NCBI GenBank assembly: GCA_041648535.1
Contig: JBAZOX010000001.1
Span: 1 to 40,147, forward strand
Length of the DNA: 40,147 nt
Origin: Desulfobacteria bacterium
GTDB lineage: Bacteria > Desulfobacterota > UBA8473
Direction: 5' to 3'
The notes under the pieces are model-generated. The model did not search any database and was not told where the DNA came from. It worked only from the letters and a program-made list of their open reading frames with translations. Made by a program: the position numbers and the translations under genes. The stretch's first letter is position 1, and each line of letters begins with the position of its first letter. Positions 32,570 to 40,147 of the stretch are shown piece after piece.

Positions 32570-33913
32570 ATGACAAAGCTTTCCGTTATCGGACTCGGCA
32601 AATTAGGAGTATGTTCGGCAGCATGTTTTGCATATAAAGGGTTTGAGGTTATAGGCGTAGATATAAATAAAGATTTAGTAAATGCTATAAATAATGGGGT
32701 GTCCCCCGTTTATGAACCAGGACTTCAGGAATTAATAACATCTGCTAAGGATAAATTAAAGGCTACTCAGGATTATAAAGAGGCAATCAATGCCTCAGAT
32801 ACAACATTTTTCATCGTCCCTACTCCGAGCAATGAAGACGGATATTTTTCCAACAAATATCTGATTTCTGCTCTTCGGCCCCTCGCTGCCGCCCTGAAAG
32901 AAAGCAATAAGGCATATCACCTGTTCGTGATAACTTCTACCGTCTCTCCAGGGTCTGTCAATGGAAGCCTGATCCCACTGATTGAGAAAACCTCCAGGAG
33001 AAAATTGAACGATGGCTTTGGAGTTTGTTATAACCCGGAATTCATTGCCCTCGGCAGTGTAATAACAGATTTTTTAAATCCTGATATGGTTCTTATAGGT
33101 GAAAGCAATGAATTTGCAGGTGAACAACTTACGAAAATTTATAAGACCGTATGTGAAAACAATCCTTATATTGCGAGAATGTCAATCATCAGTGCGGAGA
33201 TTGCAAAAATATGCCTCAATTCATATGTCACTATGAAGATAAGCTTTGCTAATACCCTTGCCAATATATGCGAGGCAATCCCTGGGGCAAACATCGACCA
33301 TATTACAAAAGCTCTGGGTGCTGATAAAAGAATTTCCCCGTATTATCTCAAAGGTGGCCTTGGTTATGGAGGTCCGTGCTTTCCACGGGATAACAGAGCG
33401 TTTGCCGCTTTCGCAGAAAAATATGGCATAGATGCAAAGCTTGCAAAGGCGACCGATGAAGTCAACGGATTCCAGGTGAAGCATCTTGTTGATCTCGCAC
33501 TGGATCATATATCAGCCACTAATGACGGCATGGTATCTGTGCTAGGCATTGCCTATAAACCTAATACCCCTGTAATCGAAGAATCACCGGGCATTAAGCT
33601 TGTTGAAGAATTGCTTAAAAGAAATCTGAAGGTTATGGTTTACGATGAATTAGCCTCTGATAATGCGAAAGTGATTTTCGGCGACCGCATAATTTATTCA
33701 ACTTCGGCTAAGGAGTGTCTTTCAAAATCATCCGTTTGCATAGTGACGACCATGACCGATGAATTTAAGAAAATAGACGGTAGTTACATAGCTAACGATC
33801 CCACAGTCGTCATTGACTGTTGGCGGATACTTGAACCTTCAAGACTCGGCGCTAAAGTAAAATACATTGCCGTTGGGAGATTTGACTATGAGCACTGTAC
33901 AGCTTGTGCGTGA
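32570..33913 (+). CDS. Nucleotide-sugar dehydrogenase (UDP-glucose/GDP-mannose dehydrogenase family)
   Basis: Has the MTKLSVIGLGKLG Rossmann start, NPEF and the catalytic GGPCFPRD motif. Confidence 0.85.
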   Translation: MTKLSVIGLGKLGVCSAACFAYKGFEVIGVDINKDLVNAINNGVSPVYEPGLQELITSAKDKLKATQDYKEAINASDTTFFIVPTPSNEDGYFSNKYLISALRPLAAALKESNKAYHLFVITSTVSPGSVNGSLIPLIEKTSRRKLNDGFGVCYNPEFIALGSVITDFLNPDMVLIGESNEFAGEQLTKIYKTVCENNPYIARMSIISAEIAKICLNSYVTMKISFANTLANICEAIPGANIDHITKALGADKRISPYYLKGGLGYGGPCFPRDNRAFAAFAEKYGIDAKLAKATDEVNGFQVKHLVDLALDHISATNDGMVSVLGIAYKPNTPVIEESPGIKLVEELLKRNLKVMVYDELASDNAKVIFGDRIIYSTSAKECLSKSSVCIVTTMTDEFKKIDGSYIANDPTVVIDCWRILEPSRLGAKVKYIAVGRFDYEHCTACA

Positions 33914-34709
33914 TTACTGGAACAAACGGCCATGCAATATTAGACATTCGACACAGCCCGTAGGAACTCAAGCCTATTTTGATGAAGTTGAGAAAAGGAA
34001 ATACTTTGTTGAACCTCACATTCCGGAATTTACAGAGTTTCATAAGTGGAAGGGCAAGAAGGTCCTTGAAATCGGTTGCGGAATGGGGACTGATTCGATC
34101 AATTTCGCAAGGGCAGGCGCAGACCTGACGGTGATTGATTTATCGAGTGAGAGTCTCAATTTGTGCAAAAGAAGGTTTGAAGTATACGGTTTGAATGCGC
34201 GTTTTTATTGTGGCAATTCAGAGAAATTAAGTTCATTCGTGCCTGTTGAGAAGTATGATCTGGTTTACTCCTTCGGGGTTATTCATCATACCCCGTATCC
34301 GGAAAGAGTAATTTCTGAAATTCATAAATATATGGGTCCAAGCAGCATATTTAAAATAATGGTTTATCATCGTACATCGTGGAAGGCATTTTGGATTTTG
34401 ATGAAGTATGGAAAAGGAAAATTCTGGAAAATTGATAAATTGGTAGCAGATTATTCTGAGGCTCAAACTGGATGCCCGGTAACTTATACATACACGAAAA
34501 AATCCGTTAAAGACCTACTAAAAGGATTTAAAATTGAAGAAATGAATATCGAACATATATTCCCTTACAAAATTTCTGATTATGTTCAGTACAAGTATAA
34601 AAAAGTATGGTATTTCCGTTATTTACCGGGACTGGTATTCCGATGGTTTGAAACGAAATTCGGCTGGCATTTATGTGTTACATCTCGAGCAGAGAAAATT
34701 TATGAGTAA
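33888..34709 (+). CDS. Class I SAM-dependent methyltransferase
   Basis: Has VLEIGCGMGTDS (motif I) and DLVYSFGVIHH. Confidence 0.8.
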   Translation: MSTVQLVRDYWNKRPCNIRHSTQPVGTQAYFDEVEKRKYFVEPHIPEFTEFHKWKGKKVLEIGCGMGTDSINFARAGADLTVIDLSSESLNLCKRRFEVYGLNARFYCGNSEKLSSFVPVEKYDLVYSFGVIHHTPYPERVISEIHKYMGPSSIFKIMVYHRTSWKAFWILMKYGKGKFWKIDKLVADYSEAQTGCPVTYTYTKKSVKDLLKGFKIEEMNIEHIFPYKISDYVQYKYKKVWYFRYLPGLVFRWFETKFGWHLCVTSRAEKIYE

Positions 34710-36114
34710 ATTGCTATTAATTAACCCTTGGAGCAGGGACGAAGAGGGAGTTGTATGGAGTTTTGCATATCAGAAAGACTACTGGAGAAATCCTTATAAA
34801 GGGCTTGTCCAGCTTGCTACTTATCTTAGAAAGAACGGACATACCGTAAAAATATTGGATTGTGAGCGTGATCTTCTCATAGAAGCCGGTGGTAATCCAG
34901 ATCTTATGCTAAAGTTGATTGAAAGTAAAGTACGGTATTTGCATCCGGACGTTGTTGGCGTAACTGCGATGACGTACCGTTGGATGGAGGCATATAAGAT
35001 ATTGAATGTCCTTACGGAATTAAAACCGGAATTGAGATTCAGGCTTATTCTGGGAGGACGACATGCATCTTCCGAGCCTGAAATGTGCCTGAAAGATGTT
35101 CCTGAGCTTGACTGCATTTTCCATGGGTTTGCTGAAGTGGGATTAAATAAATATCTGGACGGAGATCCTCTGGAAGAAATACCAGGAGCGGCATTTATGA
35201 GCCAGGGAGAGGTCAAAAGAACTCCCAATGAAGTGGTTAATGATCTTGACGAATTGCCCTGGCCCGATTGGTCATTAATTGACAGTTCATTCTACACACA
35301 TCCGAACATACGCGTACACCGATCAACCGGCACCCCTCTTCGCTCATTGGACACGATATGCAGCCGTGGATGTAATATGGCTTGTGCATTCTGTTCCGGT
35401 GCAGACGGCAAGCCGAAATGGCACAGCGTGGATTATATCCTGGATTATATTGAATGGACGCAGAAAACCTATCAGACTAATGCAACGATCTTTCAGGACA
35501 GTTCTTTGGGCAATAACAAAACTTTTTTAGTGAAGCTTTGTGAAGGATTGATAAGGCGCAACATTAACAAAAAACTGATATGGACATGTAACATGCGGGC
35601 AGACCAGGTTGATACGGAGACCGTCGGGCTTATGTATCGGGCCGGATGCAGATTAATCTTTATAGGCTTTGAGTCAGGCAGTGAACGAATATTAAATTTA
35701 ATGCATAAAGGCTGCACGGTAGAAGACAACATCATCTGTGCACAAGTATTGGAAGATGCAGGAATGCCGTACTGGGCGAGCTTTATACTTGGATATCCCG
35801 GTGAAACAGAACAGGATATCTACGAAACGGAAAAGTTTATTGAAAAGATTAATCCGACAACAGGCTGGGTCAACGCATTCTTCCCTTCTCCGGGATCTAA
35901 TATTTACAAGAAGCTTAAACGCGAAGGACGGATAACTGTAAATTCGATTTATGACTGGATCAACTATGGCCGTACAGGGGAGGGGAATTCAAACCTTGGA
36001 TTATATACTGAAGCGCCTTCAGAGATATTTCAATACCAGCTATTGAGACTTCAGGGACATTTTCAGAAGCTCACCGATATGGGAACCAAAAGAGAATTGG
36101 AGTTTTCAAAATGA
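34702..36114 (+). CDS. B12-binding-domain radical SAM protein (class B methyltransferase-like)
   Basis: The ATG at 34702 overlaps the upstream stop (ATGAGTAA). It has an N-terminal Rossmann-like B12 domain (LLLINPW...VGVTAM), then CSRGCNMACAFC. Confidence 0.75.
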   Translation: MSKLLLINPWSRDEEGVVWSFAYQKDYWRNPYKGLVQLATYLRKNGHTVKILDCERDLLIEAGGNPDLMLKLIESKVRYLHPDVVGVTAMTYRWMEAYKILNVLTELKPELRFRLILGGRHASSEPEMCLKDVPELDCIFHGFAEVGLNKYLDGDPLEEIPGAAFMSQGEVKRTPNEVVNDLDELPWPDWSLIDSSFYTHPNIRVHRSTGTPLRSLDTICSRGCNMACAFCSGADGKPKWHSVDYILDYIEWTQKTYQTNATIFQDSSLGNNKTFLVKLCEGLIRRNINKKLIWTCNMRADQVDTETVGLMYRAGCRLIFIGFESGSERILNLMHKGCTVEDNIICAQVLEDAGMPYWASFILGYPGETEQDIYETEKFIEKINPTTGWVNAFFPSPGSNIYKKLKREGRITVNSIYDWINYGRTGEGNSNLGLYTEAPSEIFQYQLLRLQGHFQKLTDMGTKRELEFSK

Positions 36115-37136
36115 AGGCAATTGTTATTACAACTATAAATGTAATCGAGAACCTGCATATTATCCATGAGAGATGTCCTGGATGGATCCCGATAATTGTA
36201 GGAGACCTTAAGACCCCGCATGATGCCAACAGACAAATCTGCAAAGAGGTTGACGGTATCTACCTTGACCCTGAAACCCAAATGAAACTGGGTTTTACTC
36301 ATGCAGCAGCGATACCGTGGAACTGTTATGGCAGAAAAAATATCGGATATCTTTTTGCGCTGAAAGAAGGCGCCCGGCTTCTTTTTCTTACTGATGACGA
36401 CAATGTTCCCGTCAAAGACTGGACAGATCACATAAGGTTTGGCGTACAGCAAGCTACAGTTGTTTCATCAAACAACGGATGGTACAACTGTTATTGTGGA
36501 GCGGATGCCGGAGATGCCGGGAATATAAATCCTCGCGGGTATCCAACCTGGTTAATCACCGAAAAAAACGAGTACAGAAAACGTCAGGAGGAGGCCGATA
36601 TCGGGGTTATTGCAGGGCTTCATCTGGGGTCGCCGGATGTGGATGCAGTTACGAGATTGGTTAAAGACCCTTACGTTAGTGCATATCAGGAGAAGGAAGT
36701 GACAACGGATATCGGAACAATGTGCCCTTATGATTCACAGAATACAATTATCATGCGTGAATTAATGCCCGCTAACATGCTTTGGTCGTATCCCAATTCG
36801 GGATGGACCCGATATGATGATATTTTCGCGGGATATGTGGGACAGGTTATAGCATGGAAATACGGTTATCGAGTGCGCTTTGGAAGACCGTTTGTGGTTC
36901 AGGAGAGAAATCCTCATGACATTTTAAAAGATTTGATTCAGGAGATGAACGGGATGAAAGTGCAGCGCAAATTTTTTGAAGTTTTGCGGAATGTGAATCT
37001 AAACGGAAAATCCCCGGCTGAGGATTTGCATATATTGATTTATGAGCTTCTCAATAAAATACCGGAATTGCCGCGCTGGCTGAAGAACCATGTGGACACC
37101 TGGACATCAGACCTTCGGACAATAGGACTGTATTGA
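36111..37136 (+). CDS. RGP/GT75-like protein (reversibly glycosylated polypeptide / UDP-arabinopyranose-mutase-like fold)
   Basis: IVITTIN...IIVGDLKTP and CYGRKNIGYLFALKEGARLLFLTDDDNVPVKDW parallel the plant RGP segment C.CFGY......YIFTIDDDCFVAKDP. This is an alignment by eye only. Confidence 0.5.
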   Translation: MKAIVITTINVIENLHIIHERCPGWIPIIVGDLKTPHDANRQICKEVDGIYLDPETQMKLGFTHAAAIPWNCYGRKNIGYLFALKEGARLLFLTDDDNVPVKDWTDHIRFGVQQATVVSSNNGWYNCYCGADAGDAGNINPRGYPTWLITEKNEYRKRQEEADIGVIAGLHLGSPDVDAVTRLVKDPYVSAYQEKEVTTDIGTMCPYDSQNTIIMRELMPANMLWSYPNSGWTRYDDIFAGYVGQVIAWKYGYRVRFGRPFVVQERNPHDILKDLIQEMNGMKVQRKFFEVLRNVNLNGKSPAEDLHILIYELLNKIPELPRWLKNHVDTWTSDLRTIGLY

Positions 37137-38341
37137 TGATAAACATAGTTTTTTGCGGCAGGAATGACAAACACGGCGGAACAAGCTTCAGAGATAAAGT
37201 CACATCAATACTGAAATGGAATACAAGAGTATTTCGCAAATATAATCTGGATCATATTTTCTGGTTTGTGGAATGGGGGAAGGAGCCTGGTATGGACTGG
37301 TTGTCCCCTGAACTGACAAGACAGTTTGAATCTTGCAGATGTATAATGGTACCCGACGAGATAGTCAATGATGCGCAGGAATATCCTGTACGGTTTCAGG
37401 AGTTTACAGCCAAAAATATAGCGATTGTAAGGGCAACAGAAGGCCTGGTCATTGCAACAAACAGCGATATCCTTTTTCCAGAAGTCCTTGTCATGCAACT
37501 AAAAGAACTCGTTCCCGATAGTAATACTTTTTATCGGGCGCCGAGACATGATTTCATTTTGAACAGAGTTTTACCGAATGATGAAGCTGATTTCGTATGG
37601 TCGAACAGATATGATGTTGGTGATAAATATTGTGAGGCAGCGGGTGACTTTTTGGGTTGTACACCTCAAGTATGGGAAAAAATAAAAGGCTATAGCGAAT
37701 CTCCAGGGCATGTGCGCCATCTTGATTCAGAAGCAGTAATCCGTGCGCAGGTTCTTCGCCTCGAACCTGTTATATTTGCACCTGTATACCACAAGGAACA
37801 TCCCGAGTCTACCAAGTTTGAAAATGAATGGAAGCCTGAATGGGGTATCCGTGATATCGGACTGGCCAACGCAACTAAGATTATGCCCCGAAATTCTGTT
37901 TGGGGGCACCGGCATTGTAAACTGACCGTGGTAAAGGACCGTCTCATGTTCTTGCAGAAAGACTCGTGGGAACCTGCGGCAGATCCGAAGGCGTTGAATC
38001 ACAGAGGAGAAACGTTATATCAGAATGGTGATATTTCAGGCGCGCTTAATGCATTCGCAAAGGCCATTGAAACGAACCCGGGTTTTGCTGTCGCCTACAA
38101 TAATCTTGGAGTACTTCAATGGAATGTCGGAGAGTTTGATGAAGCCATAAGATATTTCAAAAAGTCCCTTGAACTGGAGCCGGATGATCGCGATACAATT
38201 CTTAACTGCATTAAGATCATGATAGGTTTCAATAAGGTTAGCAACGCAGAAGAAATATATTCCAACTATTTGAAAAGAAACCCGGATGACGAAGAGATAT
38301 CAAGGCTGTTATCTGAGACTAAAGAGAGAATTGGGTCATAG
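37136..38341 (+). CDS. GT-A-like putative glycosyltransferase with C-terminal TPR repeats
   Basis: The N-terminus IVFCGRNDKHGG is paralogous to the next gene. The C-terminal roughly 110 aa are TPR (ALNAFAKAIETNPGFAVAYNNLGVLQWNVGEFDEAIRYFKKSLELEPDD). Confidence 0.55.
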   Translation: MINIVFCGRNDKHGGTSFRDKVTSILKWNTRVFRKYNLDHIFWFVEWGKEPGMDWLSPELTRQFESCRCIMVPDEIVNDAQEYPVRFQEFTAKNIAIVRATEGLVIATNSDILFPEVLVMQLKELVPDSNTFYRAPRHDFILNRVLPNDEADFVWSNRYDVGDKYCEAAGDFLGCTPQVWEKIKGYSESPGHVRHLDSEAVIRAQVLRLEPVIFAPVYHKEHPESTKFENEWKPEWGIRDIGLANATKIMPRNSVWGHRHCKLTVVKDRLMFLQKDSWEPAADPKALNHRGETLYQNGDISGALNAFAKAIETNPGFAVAYNNLGVLQWNVGEFDEAIRYFKKSLELEPDDRDTILNCIKIMIGFNKVSNAEEIYSNYLKRNPDDEEISRLLSETKERIGS

Positions 38342-38347
38342 GGATAT

Positions 38348-40147
38348 ATGAGCATTACGACTGAAAATCAGCCCGCCTTAAGTATCATTGTCACCGCGCG
38401 CAACGATGACCACGGAGGTGGGTTCTTACGTCGGATGCAGATTTTTATAAGCGTCTTTTTTGCCCAGGCAGAAAGGCATAAGCTAAAAGCAGAACTAATT
38501 GTTGTTGAGTGGAATCCGCCAACTGACAGGCCACCTCTCTTTGAGGCTTTGAAATGGCCTGAGAAAAACGAATTCTGCACGGTGAGATTCATAGAAGTTC
38601 CGCCTGAAATCCACAACCGCTTTAAATATGCCCACAAACTGCCTCTGTATCAAATGTTTGCTAAGAATGTTGGGATCAGAAGAGCAAGGGGTGAGTTTGT
38701 TCTGAGTACATGTGCCGATTTGCTCTTTTCGGATGAGCTCCTCAGATTTTTAGCAAAGGGAAATCTGAGGAGTGATTGCTTATACAGAATAGATAGATGT
38801 GATGTCCCTGAGGATGTACCGTTGGAAGCTTCTATTGATGAACAACTCGATTATTGTCAGAAGAATATAATCAGGGTAAATAGCAGGGGAGGGACTTACC
38901 ATCTACTTACAGGGCGGTATTTTGCAAGCTATGGCCAGCTTGATATTGCATCAACTAACTTGCATTTTAACGCCTGTGGGGACTTTACCCTTATGTCTAA
39001 AAATAACTGGCACAAATTAAGAGGGTATCCAGAGTTTGATATGTATTCGCCTCATTTGGATTCCCTCATGCTCCTTATAACTTATCATGCTGGAATCAGG
39101 CAAGAGATTCTTCGGGATCCTGTGCGACTTTATCATGTAGAACACCATGGGGCATGGATAGCGGAGAAGGCAAGTAAATTAGAAAAAGAAAAAAAGTCTG
39201 AAGATATCCCTGTATTAAGTCTTTCTCAATTTCAAGAATGGGCATCTGAGATGAATAGAAATCAGCGGCCTATAATCTTCAATGATTCAGAATGGGGATT
39301 TGCGTCTGAAAGGTTGAGAGAAACAATCGTGATTTCTGCAAGCTGGGAAACTAAAACAAAATCAGAATATCCGATCAATAAAACACCAAGACATATTCTG
39401 AAAGAAGTTAGCCCTGCTAAAGAAAAGTCCATCTTAATAATCGCAGAACACCTTCCGCTGTATGATATAAACCCTGAAGATAACAACTTTTATCAGATGA
39501 TAAAAGTGTTAGCCAAGTATCATCGAGTTGTCTTTCTTGCAAGAAGCGGGGTTGAAAAAGGAAAATATATCGAGAACTTAAGAAAAAAAGGGGTAATTGT
39601 TTTTTATGATGTCAAAGGTTTGAAGAAACAGATTTTAAGAGACCCAAAGTCTATTTCTCGATATGCTTCTTCTGTGGTCGTGGAGACAGTTTTTACACAT
39701 CACAAATTTGACGTAGTTTTGCTTGAATCACCGGAAATCGCCGGTTTTTATCTGAACACTATCCGTGAGCTTTCTCCTCAAAGTGTAATAATGATAAGTG
39801 CATTTACAGTAGATAATAGCAATGAAGTAAGTAATCCCGGGAAGGTATATGCTTATGAACAAGCTGATATGGTGCTTTCCGATAAAAAAAAGGCTGAGTT
39901 TCTTTTATCAATGTTGCCTGATTTAAAAAACATAAGAGTTTTACCGAAATCGCCTTCTGATAATTTTTTTGAAAAGGGGTTGCTTAAGGTACTGAATAAT
40001 CTTCCGGAACCGATAGATAAAAATCTGGAGAGGTTCAGGCTTTATCCCGATTCAATCTCTGTTGAATCTTTAAATAAGACGGAACTTGCCGTTGTCTTTG
40101 TCGTCAAGGATGCTCCTGAAATCGCAAAATTTTCCATGGGAACCCTC
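38348..40147 (+). CDS. Large multidomain putative glycosyltransferase (open at window end)
   Basis: Not in the ORF track. It is open for 600 codons from the ATG at 38348. The N-terminal domain IIVTARNDDHGG...STCADLLF...ACGDFTLMSKNNWHKLRGYPE is paralogous to 37136. Further Rossmann-like modules follow. Confidence 0.6.
   Translation, partial: MSITTENQPALSIIVTARNDDHGGGFLRRMQIFISVFFAQAERHKLKAELIVVEWNPPTDRPPLFEALKWPEKNEFCTVRFIEVPPEIHNRFKYAHKLPLYQMFAKNVGIRRARGEFVLSTCADLLFSDELLRFLAKGNLRSDCLYRIDRCDVPEDVPLEASIDEQLDYCQKNIIRVNSRGGTYHLLTGRYFASYGQLDIASTNLHFNACGDFTLMSKNNWHKLRGYPEFDMYSPHLDSLMLLITYHAGIRQEILRDPVRLYHVEHHGAWIAEKASKLEKEKKSEDIPVLSLSQFQEWASEMNRNQRPIIFNDSEWGFASERLRETIVISASWETKTKSEYPINKTPRHILKEVSPAKEKSILIIAEHLPLYDINPEDNNFYQMIKVLAKYHRVVFLARSGVEKGKYIENLRKKGVIVFYDVKGLKKQILRDPKSISRYASSVVVETVFTHHKFDVVLLESPEIAGFYLNTIRELSPQSVIMISAFTVDNSNEVSNPGKVYAYEQADMVLSDKKKAEFLLSMLPDLKNIRVLPKSPSDNFFEKGLLKVLNNLPEPIDKNLERFRLYPDSISVESLNKTELAVVFVVKDAPEIAKFSMGTL

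Noticed and set aside
38368-38637. 89-aa minus-strand ORF near the right end
   Set aside because: It is antisense to the 600-codon open frame starting at 38348, whose N-terminal domain is paralogous to the preceding gene.

Overview
This window looks like a chromosomal segment from an anaerobe. The gene content (LarBC, ThiDN, sirC-hemX-hemA) and the repeat types suggest a Nitrospirota- or Deltaproteobacteria-like lineage, but taxonomy cannot be established from sequence alone. Nearly all genes are on the + strand.

The left third (1-14.4 kb) is housekeeping:
- a partial TrpB2-type tryptophan synthase beta (minus strand, missing from the ORF track);
- DAHP synthase, a PaaI thioesterase and a metallophosphoesterase;
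- LarB and LarC, then a MazF toxin-antitoxin pair and an FmdB zinc ribbon protein;
- sirC, ccsA/hemX and hemA, then a ThiD-ThiN fusion and ThiC;
- a TIGR04076-like protein.

tRNA-Thr(CGU) at 14.6 kb marks the boundary with a decayed junk zone. After it comes a sigma-28-driven chemotaxis and late-flagellar block (15.3-30.8 kb):
- three MCPs, an excisionase-type HTH protein, CheW and a free periplasmic Cache protein;
- CheR, CheD and CheY;
- FlgK, FlgL, CsrA, FliW, flagellin, FlaG, FliD, FliS and a FlgN/FliT-like protein.

The last 9 kb (31.2-40.1 kb) is a probable flagellin or surface glycan modification island. It holds two radical SAM enzymes, a sugar dehydrogenase, a methyltransferase, an RGP/GT75-like protein and TPR or multidomain glycosyltransferases.

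The most interesting signals lie outside the ORF track:
1. Two back-to-back leader-peptide attenuators sit at 1.5-2.07 kb. One is a WWWWW leader facing trpB2. The other is an F/Y/W-rich leader facing DAHP synthase.
2. A family of intergenic hairpin elements is built from heptamer repeats and carries GTAACTAYTCAGG-type ends. One copy shows a filled versus empty paralogous site with a 5-bp duplication, which argues for mobility.
3. There is a decayed tandem duplication of a sigma-28-HTH-cheW-MCP module, and MCP1 has a frameshift in a G4 run.
4. The flagellin-linked modification island has an unusual enzyme set.

Everything here comes from reading the sequence by eye. No database search or folding computation was run.
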